Positions 23,444 to 32,000 of a DNA stretch of 32,000 nucleotides are shown piece by piece. Each line of letters begins with the position of its first letter. Position 1 is the stretch's first letter. A program made the translations under genes and the position numbers. The notes below the pieces were generated by a model. That model was not told where the DNA came from. It ran no database searches and saw only the letters and a list, made by a program, of their open reading frames with translations. Source of the DNA: Delftia acidovorans NBRC 14950 (GTDB lineage Bacteria > Pseudomonadota > Gammaproteobacteria > Burkholderiales > Burkholderiaceae_C); assembly GCF_001598795.1 (NCBI RefSeq), contig NZ_BCZP01000024.1, positions 1 through 32,000 on the forward strand. Direction: 5' to 3'.

Positions 23444-24472
23444 TCAACAGGTGTGCGGCGCGGTTATCAAGTAAGCAAGGATGGCAGTGCACACACAAGC
23501 CAAGGCCACCATCAGTCCCAGCCACATGCCTTTGCGAGCGAGCATTGCCTCGTCCTGTGCGCGGGCGGCCTCATTACGGTAGAAGGCGGCTTCTTTTTGC
23601 GCTTCCAGCGCGCGATTTCGTTCTGCCCGCAGTGCAGCTTCCGAAGCTATCGCGCTGCGCCTGGCGTACTCGGCTCTTTTGTCTTCGCGCTCTTCCTGTT
23701 CCCTTCGCCGCCCCTCCAGCATGTGGCTGAACGGCGTCGATCCTGTTATTTGTTGGCGGGGTGGGGGGTCTCCCCCGCTGGGTCGTACTTTGAGCAGTAT
23801 GGGTTGAATTGGAGTACTTTTTTTGGCGGGGCTGTCTGGTGTTTTTTGAGTTTTTGTCTCGTTACCTTTTGTATTTTTGGAGATGGGAGTTTCTGAGTCC
23901 TTGATATTAATCTTGGGGTTTGATGTGGTTGGTTTGGATTTGCTGATTTTCCCGTTGAACTCGATGAGGGGAATCCTCGGTGAAACATGGGTTTCCCGGG
24001 TCTTATTGTTTGCATGGCTGGCGGGCTTTGAGTTTTTTGATGCGATATAGGAATGGTTTGATATTTGGGTGGGAGTTTCTACTCCATGCGGGTAGGAGTG
24101 GAGAAACGAACCATATTCAAAACGACCTGAAGCCTGCTGCTGGAATAGATTGATATCTTTAGGCGGTGATGGCGATTGCGATGAGCCTTTTGAGTTTGAT
24201 GTTGTCAATCGGAGGTCAGGTTCCGGAAGGCTCTGTGGCGATTGGGTAGTTTCATTCCCGAGAATTTCTTCAGGCGACAAGGCAGAGATGCTTGCATTCA
24301 AGGCCGCTCTCATCCTGTCCAGGGCTTTGTGATCACGTCCTGCGATGGATCCACTCAGGCCTGCGGCCTGTAAGCTGAGATCAGCAGGAGTAGTGGGGCT
24401 TTGCCCAAGATGATTTTTGGGCATGTTGCTTTCCGATTCTCTGTCTTCTTGCAACTTTTTCGGATCTGTCAT
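23444..24472 (-). CDS. Hypothetical S/T/P/K-rich, largely disordered protein with a C-terminal coiled coil and a single C-terminal TM anchor
   Basis: 342-aa ORF. ATG 24472 has a GAGAGAG SD-like run upstream. Charged helix EQEEREDKRAEYARRSAIASEAALRAERNRALEAQKEAAFYRNEAARAQDEAMLARKG is followed by MWLGLMVALACVCTAILAYLI. About 45% GC. Confidence 0.65.
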   Translation of the reverse strand: MTDPKKLQEDRESESNMPKNHLGQSPTTPADLSLQAAGLSGSIAGRDHKALDRMRAALNASISALSPEEILGNETTQSPQSLPEPDLRLTTSNSKGSSQSPSPPKDINLFQQQASGRFEYGSFLHSYPHGVETPTQISNHSYIASKNSKPASHANNKTRETHVSPRIPLIEFNGKISKSKPTTSNPKINIKDSETPISKNTKGNETKTQKTPDSPAKKSTPIQPILLKVRPSGGDPPPRQQITGSTPFSHMLEGRRREQEEREDKRAEYARRSAIASEAALRAERNRALEAQKEAAFYRNEAARAQDEAMLARKGMWLGLMVALACVCTAILAYLITAPHTC

Positions 24473-24703
24473 TGCTCTCTCACGGTCTCAGATGTGATCA
24501 GGCTATTGTGTCATCCCGGCCGCTTGGGCCTATGCCTTTGCAAGGCAATGAAGCACTTGCCGGTCATCCTTGTCCTTGGCGCAGTCAACGGGCCTGCGGC
24601 GCCCTTGACGGCATCAATACTCGGTGTTTCTGAACCGTCAGCCGAAGCATTGACGATGTGCCAATAGCGCCTCACTCGTCCGCGTTGTTTCTGCCCGGCC
24701 CCT

Positions 24704-25393
24704 TCACTGGCCCACGCCCTTGCCCAGCGACAGTATTTCGCTCGCATGCACGATGGCTTGGGCAATCTCCTCCACCGAGCTGCGCCGGCTCATGGCCTGG
24801 GCGCGGATCATGTCGTAGGCCTGGTCTTCGTTGATCTGGTGGGTTTGCATGAGGATGGCCTTGGCTTCGGCTACGCGGCGCTGGCCCAGCAGCTTGGCCT
24901 GGAGCTTGGCGATGCGCTGCTGCTGCTGGCGTGATTCCTTGTGGTTTCTGCGCGCCAGCACCAATGTGGACAGCAGGCCGAAAGAGCGTATGGGCGAGGG
25001 CAGGATGGCTTGCACCTGCAGTTCCAGCACGGCGGAGACGATGGTGGGGTTCTCGTAGTTGACCACGGCGATGGCGGTGGGCGGGCTCTCTCCCTCGCCC
25101 TGGGTCCAGGCGTAGTTCAACTGCAGGTGATCGGGGCGCACGGCCAGGAAGACCACGTCCGTGCCCTCGGGCAGGCTGGGCTGGGGCGGCCAGATGGCCT
25201 GGACCTGGCAGCCTATGCGCTGCAGCTGCTGGGCCAGCAGGCGGCCGTCCGCGTCGTCGGGGTGGACGACGGCAATGCGCAGCTGGCGCAGTTCCTTCAG
25301 TTGGGGCGAGGTGGCACGCAGCAGCGGTTTTCTTTCCAGCAGCGGCCGGCCTGTGGCAGCGCTGCCGGCGTCCTTGTTCGGGGCGGCATCCAC
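24704..25393 (-). CDS. amiR: AmiR-type ANTAR antiterminator (aliphatic amidase regulator)
   Basis: Collinear similarity to recalled P. aeruginosa AmiR (LRxLxVLV..., RIGCxVxxxWPPP, VVFxxx, ANTAR helix ...AKxxLMQxHxxxEdxAyxxxRxxAMxxR). GTG start 25393 lies 2 nt after the amiC stop. Confidence 0.85.
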   Translation of the reverse strand: MDAAPNKDAGSAATGRPLLERKPLLRATSPQLKELRQLRIAVVHPDDADGRLLAQQLQRIGCQVQAIWPPQPSLPEGTDVVFLAVRPDHLQLNYAWTQGEGESPPTAIAVVNYENPTIVSAVLELQVQAILPSPIRSFGLLSTLVLARRNHKESRQQQQRIAKLQAKLLGQRRVAEAKAILMQTHQINEDQAYDMIRAQAMSRRSSVEEIAQAIVHASEILSLGKGVGQ

Positions 25394-25395
25394 GC

Positions 25396-26544
25396 TCAGT
25401 TCTCCAGGGCACCGAGGCTGGCGGTCCAGTCGCCCAGGGAGTGGGTGACCAGGTAGGGGTCGGGCGAGACGGCCCGAGTGGCCTGGCGCACGATGGTGAA
25501 GCCGCCCTGGGCATTGGCGCGGCCCACGCGCGGGTGCAGCCAGGTGTGGTGGTTGTCGGGGTCCAGCCGGATGCGGCCCTGGGGCGCGTCGAATTCGCTG
25601 CCCAGCAGATGGGGCAGCAGCTCGCCTATTCGATCACTGCCGGCCTGGCGGAAGGCGTTGGCGAACAGGTGCATCTGAAAGTAGGCGGCCTCCCAGCACA
25701 GGTTGGGCCGGCAGTCGTCCCCCAGGCGCTGGCGCAGCCGGGCCAGGCAGCGCGCGTTGGCGGGCGAATCGATGGACTGGAAGTAGGGCGCGGCCGTGAA
25801 ATGTCCGCTGGCCACGTCGGCCCCCATCTGGGCGATCTCGGCCTCGGAGGTGGTGAGGCTGGCAATCGGCATGGTCTGCGGGCTGAAACCCGCATCGGCA
25901 TAGGCGCGGTAGAGGCTGGCCGTGGAATCGCCGACCACGGTGGAGAAGATGAAGTCCGGCTGCCTGACGCGGATGTCCTGCATGATGGCCGCGTAGTCGC
26001 GCTCGGTGGCGTCCAGCGGCAGGTAGTGTTCACCGAGCTTGTCGCTGCCCGGGTGCTGCATGACCAGCTCACCCATGATGCGGTTGGACTCGTAGGGATA
26101 GATGTAGTCCGAGCCGATGAGGTAGACCCGTGCGCCGAAGCTGCTGGTCATGTAGTCGGCCAGTTGCACGCTGTTCTGGTTGGGCGCGGCGCCCGTGTAG
26201 ATGACATTGCCCGAGAACTCGAAGCCTTCGTAGAGCGTGGGATAGAACAGCAGCTTGTTCCATTTCTCGACGATGGGGATGACGGCCTTGCGGCTGCTGG
26301 ACATGTAGCAGCCGAAGATGACGTTGATGCCGTCGCGCACGATGAGCTGCTCGGCCAGGGCCGCATAGCGGGCCGGCGTGGAGGCCGGGTCGTAGCGCAC
26401 TGCGACCAGTTCACGCCCCAGCAGGCCGCCCGCCTCGTTGATTTCGTCGATGGCCAGCTGCGCGCCCTGCAGCTGGGACTGGCCGATGGTCGATGTGGTG
26501 CCGGTGGCCGAGTAAAGAATGCCGACTCTGACGGGGTCGTTCAT
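25396..26544 (-). CDS. amiC: AmiC-type periplasmic-binding-fold amide sensor / negative regulator
   Basis: Starts at MNDPVRVGILYSATGTTSTIGQSQLQGAQLAIDEINEAGGLLGRELV (ATG 26544, GAAGGAA SD). LivK/AmiC-like type I PBP sequence without a signal peptide, immediately upstream of amiR. The ORF-track N-terminal extension to 26763 looks non-coding. Confidence 0.85.
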   Translation of the reverse strand: MNDPVRVGILYSATGTTSTIGQSQLQGAQLAIDEINEAGGLLGRELVAVRYDPASTPARYAALAEQLIVRDGINVIFGCYMSSSRKAVIPIVEKWNKLLFYPTLYEGFEFSGNVIYTGAAPNQNSVQLADYMTSSFGARVYLIGSDYIYPYESNRIMGELVMQHPGSDKLGEHYLPLDATERDYAAIMQDIRVRQPDFIFSTVVGDSTASLYRAYADAGFSPQTMPIASLTTSEAEIAQMGADVASGHFTAAPYFQSIDSPANARCLARLRQRLGDDCRPNLCWEAAYFQMHLFANAFRQAGSDRIGELLPHLLGSEFDAPQGRIRLDPDNHHTWLHPRVGRANAQGGFTIVRQATRAVSPDPYLVTHSLGDWTASLGALEN

Positions 26545-26624
26545 GGGTTCCTTCTGTGCCAGGTACTGGCTTGCGTTCTTTGCAGGCTTCAGGTTAATCG
26601 AGATTTCCGTGGCGCTTGCCGTGG

Positions 26625-28355
26625 TCAGCGGCCGGCTGCGAGCCTTGCGCCCATCTGGGACAGCCGCCTTGGCAGATGCCGCGCGTCGTCGGCAATGCCG
26701 TAGTTGCGCCCGCCAAAGATATGGCGCACATAGCCGTCTGCCTGGCTGTCCACGGCCAGGCAACTGATGCGTATGCCTGCGGCGCGGGCCTGCTGCACGG
26801 CGTGGCGCGCGTCTTCGATCAGGTAGCGATCGTCATGCACGTCGATGTCGGCGGGTGCTCCGTCGGTGATCACCAGCAGATGGCGCTGGCCAGCAGGCTC
26901 GGCTGCCAGCAGGCTGCTGGCGTGGCGCAGGGCTGCGCCCAGGCGGGTGGAATGGCGGCCCTGCAGTGCCTGCAACCGGGTGGCCGCTGCTGCGGCAAAG
27001 GGTTGGCCGAAGTCCAGCAGGCGCAGGTAGCGGACTTCGGTGCGCGTGTTGGACGAGAAGGCGTGGATGGCCAGGCGGTCCACGCCGGTCCTGTGGCCTG
27101 CGCGCGATTCGGCCAGCATGAGGGCCGCCTGTTTCTCCAGCTCCAGCAGGCTGGCGCCGTGGGGGCCGGGCGTGTTGACCGATTCGGAAGCGTCCATCAG
27201 CACGAGCACGCTGGTGGGGCGCGGGCCTTTGCCGGCACGCATGAAAAGGCGAGGTTCCGGTCGCAGGTTCAGGCGGCGGTCCACCTGGACCTCGATGGCG
27301 GCATTGAAGTCCAGGTCATCGCCTTCCCACTGGCGGCGCAGGCGCTGGCGCCGGTCCAGCTGGCGTGCGGGCGGCAGCGGCAGGGGCGGCAGTGTCTGTC
27401 TGCCGGCCTGGGAGCCTTTCCCGGCCAAAGCCTCGGCCTGCCATGCGGGCAGGGTGTCGATGACGGTGCACCAGTCCGTCTTCAGGCGCTCCGACCTGCG
27501 ATCCCATTCGGGATAGCTGTGGCGCGACAGTTCCAGGCCTGGGTCCAGCGACTGGCCTTCCTGTGCATCGGACTGCTGTCCTGCGCCGGCCGATGGAGGC
27601 GGAGCTGCACGCGCAGCGGTCTGCTGCAGCGCGAGTGTGTCTTCCTCGCCCTGAGGCGGCTCCGGATGCTGCCAGAGATAGCTGTTGTCATCACGGTAGA
27701 TGCTGGGCACGGCATGGTGCTGCGGGTCCATGCGCACGCGCATCTGGCCCAGGTCGTTGGCCAGGATGGACGCAATGGCCCGGAATGCGGCGTAGTCCTC
27801 CAGCCCGTGGCGCGTGGCGGTGTTCTCGAACAGGTCACGGGCCTTGTGGATCCAGTGGTTGCCGTCCATGCGCTCTGGCCACAGCAGCATGCGGTCCAGC
27901 CGGGCCATGAAGGCGGCAAAGCCCAGGTCGGATGGGTCGGGCTCGGGGGCGATGCAGGCCTCGAACCAGCGGCGCACGCCGGGGTGCTGCAGGCACAGCA
28001 GCCGTTCCACGCGCGCATCTTCCAGTGCGCCCACCACGGCCTGGCCCATGGGCTTGAGGGCGCTGCTGTCCTGGCGGGCGGGCGAAAAGCGCAGATGGGC
28101 TGCGGCATGGGCCATCGTGGCTGCGTGCAGGTGTGCCTGCATGGGCAAGTTGGCGGGAACCAGCAGCCGGGCAGGTTGGCTGATCAGCACGGCGCGCGGT
28201 GGCAGGGCGTGGGCCTGGCCCGGCGCCGGGGCACTGGCCGGCATCCTGGCCAGCGCCTGCACGGCGACAGGCTGGCGTGCCAGGCCGCTGGCCAGCAGGC
28301 CCAGCGTGTGCAGCAGGCGGGACTCTTCGGGCAAGGCAACGGAGACGATGGCCAT
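26625..28355 (-). CDS. VWA-domain protein of the NorD/CobT-like type, partner of the adjacent MoxR-class AAA+ ATPase
   Basis: 576-aa ORF. C-terminal VWA/MIDAS-like signature (VLVLMDASESV ... LLVITDGAPADIDVHD). Sits 12 nt downstream of the CbbQ/NorQ-like gene. Confidence 0.75.
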   Translation of the reverse strand: MAIVSVALPEESRLLHTLGLLASGLARQPVAVQALARMPASAPAPGQAHALPPRAVLISQPARLLVPANLPMQAHLHAATMAHAAAHLRFSPARQDSSALKPMGQAVVGALEDARVERLLCLQHPGVRRWFEACIAPEPDPSDLGFAAFMARLDRMLLWPERMDGNHWIHKARDLFENTATRHGLEDYAAFRAIASILANDLGQMRVRMDPQHHAVPSIYRDDNSYLWQHPEPPQGEEDTLALQQTAARAAPPPSAGAGQQSDAQEGQSLDPGLELSRHSYPEWDRRSERLKTDWCTVIDTLPAWQAEALAGKGSQAGRQTLPPLPLPPARQLDRRQRLRRQWEGDDLDFNAAIEVQVDRRLNLRPEPRLFMRAGKGPRPTSVLVLMDASESVNTPGPHGASLLELEKQAALMLAESRAGHRTGVDRLAIHAFSSNTRTEVRYLRLLDFGQPFAAAAATRLQALQGRHSTRLGAALRHASSLLAAEPAGQRHLLVITDGAPADIDVHDDRYLIEDARHAVQQARAAGIRISCLAVDSQADGYVRHIFGGRNYGIADDARHLPRRLSQMGARLAAGR

Positions 28356-28367
28356 GGCGCGCGGCCC

Positions 28368-29225
28368 TCAGGCGCCGAACTCTGCTTCGACCAGCTGGCG
28401 CAGCGCGGCGGCCGTGTCGGGGTCGTCGGTCAGGGCGCTGGTGATGGTCATGTCGCAGCTGTCGTGCACCGGCATGCCGTCGCGCATCAGCAGGCCTGCG
28501 TAGATCAGCATGCGGGTGGAGGCGCCTTCGTCCAGGCCCCGGTGGCGCAGTTCGCGCGTGCTGCGCGCCAGGCTGACCAGGCTGCGAGCGGTGGCCGGGG
28601 CAATGCCGGTCTCGTGGGCCACGATGTCCGCCTCGATCTCGGGCGCCGGGTAGTCGAAGTCCAGCGCCGCGAAGCGCTGGCGGGTCGATGGCTTCATGTC
28701 CTTGGCGCTGCTCTGGTAGCCGGGGTTGTAGGAAATCACCAGTTGGAAGTCGGGGTGCGCGTGGACCACCTCGCCCTTCTTGTCCAGCGGCAGGGCGCGG
28801 CGCGCATCGGTCAGCGGGTGGATGACGACCGTGGTGTCCTGGCGGGCCTCCACCACTTCGTCCAGGTAGCAGATGCCGCCGTGGCGCACGGCCAGGGTCA
28901 GCGGGCCGTCGTGCCAGGCCGTGCCGTCGGCATCCAGCAGGTAGCGGCCCACCAGGTCGGAGGCCGTCATGTCCTCGTTGCAGGCCAGCGTGACCAGGGG
29001 GCGCTTGAGCGCCCAGGCCATGTACTCCACAAAGCGCGTCTTGCCGCAGCCCGTGGGGCCCTTGAGGATGAGCGGCATGCGGTGCTGGTAAGCCTGGCGG
29101 TACAGCTGCACTTCGCGGCCCGAGGGGCGGTAGAAGGGCTCTTCCTCGATGCGGTAGGCCGCCAGCGGGTCGGCGGCCTGGTTGGCAGGAGCGTGCAGCG
29201 GGCCTGTGGTTGTTGTCGTGCTCAT
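28368..29225 (-). CDS. CbbQ/NirQ/NorQ/GpvN-family (MoxR-class) AAA+ ATPase
   Basis: Walker A GPTGCGKT, Walker B ICYLDEV, and typical family length (~285 aa). ATG 29225, or GTG 29231 as in the ORF track. It occupies the position of amiB in the Pseudomonas amidase operon. Confidence 0.85.
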   Translation of the reverse strand: MSTTTTTGPLHAPANQAADPLAAYRIEEEPFYRPSGREVQLYRQAYQHRMPLILKGPTGCGKTRFVEYMAWALKRPLVTLACNEDMTASDLVGRYLLDADGTAWHDGPLTLAVRHGGICYLDEVVEARQDTTVVIHPLTDARRALPLDKKGEVVHAHPDFQLVISYNPGYQSSAKDMKPSTRQRFAALDFDYPAPEIEADIVAHETGIAPATARSLVSLARSTRELRHRGLDEGASTRMLIYAGLLMRDGMPVHDSCDMTITSALTDDPDTAAALRQLVEAEFGA

Positions 29226-29296
29226 CTTCACTCTTCACCTTTCCGTGTTCATGGGCGGGCCTGCCCCAGGCCTGCAGGCTCGGAGGCAGGACGCTG

Positions 29297-30334
29297 TCAG
29301 CGGTGCTTGGGCGCCTCGTGCGGAATGCCTTCGATGGGGCATTCGGGCGTGCCTACGGTGGTGCGTGTGAAGGACTCCACCATCTCGCGCGTGCCCTCGG
29401 GATCGTTGACCCACTGGCTGTAGAAGTTGTAGGGGCAGGCGGCCACGCCCTTGTCCCCGTCGCCGGAGTTGATGGTGCCGGTGTAGCCCCGGTGCACCAG
29501 CTTGAACAGATGGTTCTGAGACTGGCCGTTCTTGCGCGCATCGCGGATCAGGTGCTTGGACAACTCGGCGTACTGGATGCCCATTTCCTCCTCGCCGGTC
29601 TCGCCCAGGGTGCGGCCGTCGAAGCCGATGATGGCTGAGTGCCCGAAGTACGAGTACACGCCATCGAAGCCCGCCGCATTGGCCACGGCCACGTAGCAGT
29701 TGTTCATGAAGGCCATGGCCTTGGAGACCATGATCTGCTGCTCCTTGGCCGGGTACATGTAGCCCTGGCAGCGCACGACGAGCTCGGCGCCACGCATGGC
29801 GCAGTCGCGCCAGATCTCGGGGTAGTTGCCGTCGTCGCAGATGATGAGGCTGATCTTCAGGCCCTTGGGGCCCTCGCTCACATAGGTGCAGTCGCCGGGG
29901 TACCAGCCCTCGATGGGTACCCAGGGCATGATCTTGCGGTACTTCTGCACGATCTCGCCCTGGTTGTTCATGAGGATCAGGGTGTTGTAGGGCGCCTTGT
30001 TGGGATGCTCCTCATGGCGCTCGCCCGTCAGCGAGAACACGCCCCAGACGTTGGCCCTGCGGCAGGCGTCGGCGAAGATTTCGGTCTCTTCGCCCGGGAT
30101 GGCGCTGGCCGTGTCGTACATCTCCTTGGCGTCGTACATGATGCCGTGCGTGGAGTACTCGGGAAAGATCACCAGGTCCATGCCCGGCAGGCCGCGCTTC
30201 ATGCCCACCAGCATGTCCGCGATCTTGCGGCAGTTGTCCAGCACCTCGGCCTTGGTGTGCAGGCGCGGCATCTTGTAGTTGACCACCGCCACGCCGACGC
30301 AATCGTTGCTGCTGGAAATATCTCCGTGTCTCAT
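29297..30334 (-). CDS. amiE: Aliphatic amidase (nitrilase-superfamily acylamide amidohydrolase)
   Basis: 345 aa starting [27 protein letters not shown]..., near-collinear with recalled P. aeruginosa AmiE (…EGWYPG…[20 protein letters not shown]…CQGYMYPAK…). AGGAG lies 8 nt upstream of ATG 30334. The ORF-track extension to 30430 is leader sequence. Confidence 0.95.
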   Translation of the reverse strand: MRHGDISSSNDCVGVAVVNYKMPRLHTKAEVLDNCRKIADMLVGMKRGLPGMDLVIFPEYSTHGIMYDAKEMYDTASAIPGEETEIFADACRRANVWGVFSLTGERHEEHPNKAPYNTLILMNNQGEIVQKYRKIMPWVPIEGWYPGDCTYVSEGPKGLKISLIICDDGNYPEIWRDCAMRGAELVVRCQGYMYPAKEQQIMVSKAMAFMNNCYVAVANAAGFDGVYSYFGHSAIIGFDGRTLGETGEEEMGIQYAELSKHLIRDARKNGQSQNHLFKLVHRGYTGTINSGDGDKGVAACPYNFYSQWVNDPEGTREMVESFTRTTVGTPECPIEGIPHEAPKHR

Positions 30335-30400
30335 GCTGCTACTCCTGAAGGGGTTGAGGGGGCGGCGCGCGGCATCACAGCCCCCTCGATTCCCGGCCAA

Positions 30401-30447
30401 CAAAAAAAGGCCCGAACCGCTCCGGGTCATGGAGCGGTTCGGGCCTT
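30401..30447 (-). terminator. Strong intrinsic terminator in the amiE leader; likely the AmiR-controlled attenuator, and possibly also the terminator of the upstream permease gene
   Basis: On the minus strand: 17-bp perfect stem AAGGCCCGAACCGCTCC / GGAGCGGTTCGGGCCTT, 7-nt loop, then a U-run (UUUUUG). It lies 67 nt upstream of the amiE ATG and ~195 nt downstream of the permease stop. Confidence 0.8.
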
Positions 30448-30641
30448 GTTGCCCGACATCTGCGCTGGCAGCTTTGGCAGCGGATGTCGTCTTGTCGGTA
30501 ATGCGGGAATGAATCGGGGCGATGCCTTATCGCCGTGCATGCATTGTTGCCATGCACCCGCTCCGCGCATATACGTCATATGCCGGTTGTGGCGGGCGCG
30601 AGGCCGTGGTATTTTCCGCGCGCGCTCTGCGCCCTGGTCCC

Positions 30642-32000
30642 TCAGAAGGACCCGAACATGGTGCCGAGCGTGATCACCAGCACCAGGGCCAGCAGTGGCG
30701 CGCCAATGGTCATGATGGCGATGTTGCCGTATGACTGGCGGTGCGTGAGGCCGCAGATGGACAGCAGCGTGATGATGGCGCCGCTGTGCGGCAGGGTGTC
30801 GAAGCAGCCGGCCGCCATCACCGCCACGCGGTGCAGCAGCTCGGGGCTGATGCCCAACTGGGCGGCCATGGCCAGGTAGTCCTTGCCCAGCGTGGACAGT
30901 GCAATCGACAGGCCGCCCGACGACGACCCCGTGATGCCCGCCAGCACGTTCATGGCCACGGCCTCGGAGATCAGCGGGTTGTGTGGCGCCACGTTGAGCA
31001 CGGCCTCGCGGATGATGGCAAAGCCCGCCAGCCCCGCGATGACCGCGCCGTAGCCCACCTCCGAGGCCGTGTTGAAGATGGGCAGCATGGAGCCCAGCAC
31101 GCCCTTGTTCACCGACTCCTTGAGATTACGCCAGCGGCCCAGGCCCAGCAGCACCAGTGCGGCGCAGGCCACGGCCAGGGCCATGATCAGCGCCCACAGG
31201 CCCGTCTGCTTGGCCGGGTCCACGGCAGGAAAGCGTTCCTTCAGAAAGCCGAAATCCATCTGCGGGAACACACCGTAGGTCAGCAGCGCATTGACTGCGA
31301 TCACCAGTACCAGCGGCAGCAGGGCCAGCAGCAGCGGCAGGTCCCGGCGGCTGTGCAGGGCGGGATCGCTTTCTTCATGCAGCCCCTGCTCGACGGCGTC
31401 GTCATGGTCGCCGTAGCCTTCGCCGGCCACGCGCGCCTTGGCCGCGCGCGACTGCAGCCACCACAGGCCCAGGGCCAGCATGGTCATGCCGCCGATGATG
31501 CCCAGGCCCGGCGCCGCGAACACATTGGTGCCGTAGTAGGGAATGGGAATGGCGTTCTGGATGGACGGCGTGCCCGGCAGCGCCGTCATGGTGAAGGTGA
31601 ACGAGCCCAGCGCGATGGTGGGCGGTATCAGCCGCTTGGGCACATGGGCCGCGCGGAACAGAGACTTGGCAATCGGATAGATGGCAAAGGCCACCACGAA
31701 CAGCGACACGCCGCCATAGGTGAGCACGGCGCAGGCCAGCACCACCGTGAGGATGGCGTGCTTCTCGCCCAGCACGCGCATGATCCAGTGCGATATCGCG
31801 GTGGCCGCGCCCGAGTCCGCCATCAACTGGCCGAACAGCGCGCCCAGCAGGAACACGGGGAAGAACTGCAGCATGTAGTTGCCCAGGGCGCCCATGAAGG
31901 TGCTGGTGTACAGCGGCAGCATGTGGCCCAGGTCGCCGGACAGCAGCACGGCCACGGCGGCCATCAGGGGGGCCAGCAGCAGCACGGAGATGCCTCGGTA
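30642..32000 (-). CDS. GntP-family (gluconate/organic-anion:H+ symporter-type) permease, N-terminus beyond the window edge
   Basis: Polytopic membrane protein. The ORF is still open at nt 32000 (the reading frame continues YRGIS-VLLLAP...). GntP-like segments ...FGQLMADSGAATAISHWIMRVLGEKHAILTVVLACAVLTYGGVSLFVVAFAIYPIA... Family call is from memory. Confidence 0.7.
   Translation of the reverse strand, partial: YRGISVLLLAPLMAAVAVLLSGDLGHMLPLYTSTFMGALGNYMLQFFPVFLLGALFGQLMADSGAATAISHWIMRVLGEKHAILTVVLACAVLTYGGVSLFVVAFAIYPIAKSLFRAAHVPKRLIPPTIALGSFTFTMTALPGTPSIQNAIPIPYYGTNVFAAPGLGIIGGMTMLALGLWWLQSRAAKARVAGEGYGDHDDAVEQGLHEESDPALHSRRDLPLLLALLPLVLVIAVNALLTYGVFPQMDFGFLKERFPAVDPAKQTGLWALIMALAVACAALVLLGLGRWRNLKESVNKGVLGSMLPIFNTASEVGYGAVIAGLAGFAIIREAVLNVAPHNPLISEAVAMNVLAGITGSSSGGLSIALSTLGKDYLAMAAQLGISPELLHRVAVMAAGCFDTLPHSGAIITLLSICGLTHRQSYGNIAIMTIGAPLLALVLVITLGTMFGSF

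Noticed and set aside
24511-24765. 84-aa minus-strand ORF overlapping the 3' end of amiR, considered as a possible amiS-like gene.
   Set aside because: It overlaps amiR out of frame, is not hydrophobic as AmiS would be, and has an Arg/Ala-rich shadow composition.
26616-29423. 935-aa plus-strand ORF, together with 25441-26703(+), 29639-30673(+) and 27835-29238(-), overlapping the amidase operon.
   Set aside because: They are antisense or off-frame to genes with clear family identity (amiC, VWA, CbbQ/NorQ, amiE), and their composition is typical of GC-rich shadow ORFs.

Overview
High-GC (about 65-70%) proteobacterial DNA, probably betaproteobacterial/Comamonadaceae-like, inferred from the IPTL-CTERM signal and the amidase operon. 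It is interrupted by several lower-GC accessory blocks. All calls are made by eye, with no database search. (1) 1-13.3 kb is a mobile-element (prophage/ICE-like) module. It holds a 527-aa charged protein, a 36%-GC secreted serine-protease cassette bracketed by a perfect 14-bp inverted repeat, and a 9.9-kb (3303-aa) ORF. The most unusual observation in the window is inside that giant ORF. Three ATG-initiated ORFs in the +1 frame (6277-6477, 7696-8130, 9973-10272) carry the local codon-position signature and all end in TAG. The giant frame nevertheless stays open through them, apparently by avoidance of stop-generating codon junctions, and resumes coding at the next codon with no start codon of its own. 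(2) 13.3-24.6 kb is a compositionally mosaic accessory region. It contains an 840-aa SF2 helicase fused to a PD-(D/E)xK nuclease, a candidate Hna-like single-gene defence. Two diverged ~255-bp direct copies of a probably structured element, with a tRNA-Lys-like anticodon arm, bracket a 6.7-kb cassette. The cassette encodes a degenerate-receiver HD-GYP protein, an IPTL-CTERM protein and two paralogous collagen-like proteins. A tail-anchored S/T/P-rich protein follows. (3) 24.7-32 kb is core-like: amiE, a CbbQ/NorQ-type AAA+ gene, a NorD-like VWA gene, amiC and amiR on the minus strand, with a strong leader terminator upstream of amiE, plus a GntP-family permease truncated by the window edge. 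No rRNA, complete tRNA, CRISPR array, integrase or transposase was recognised.
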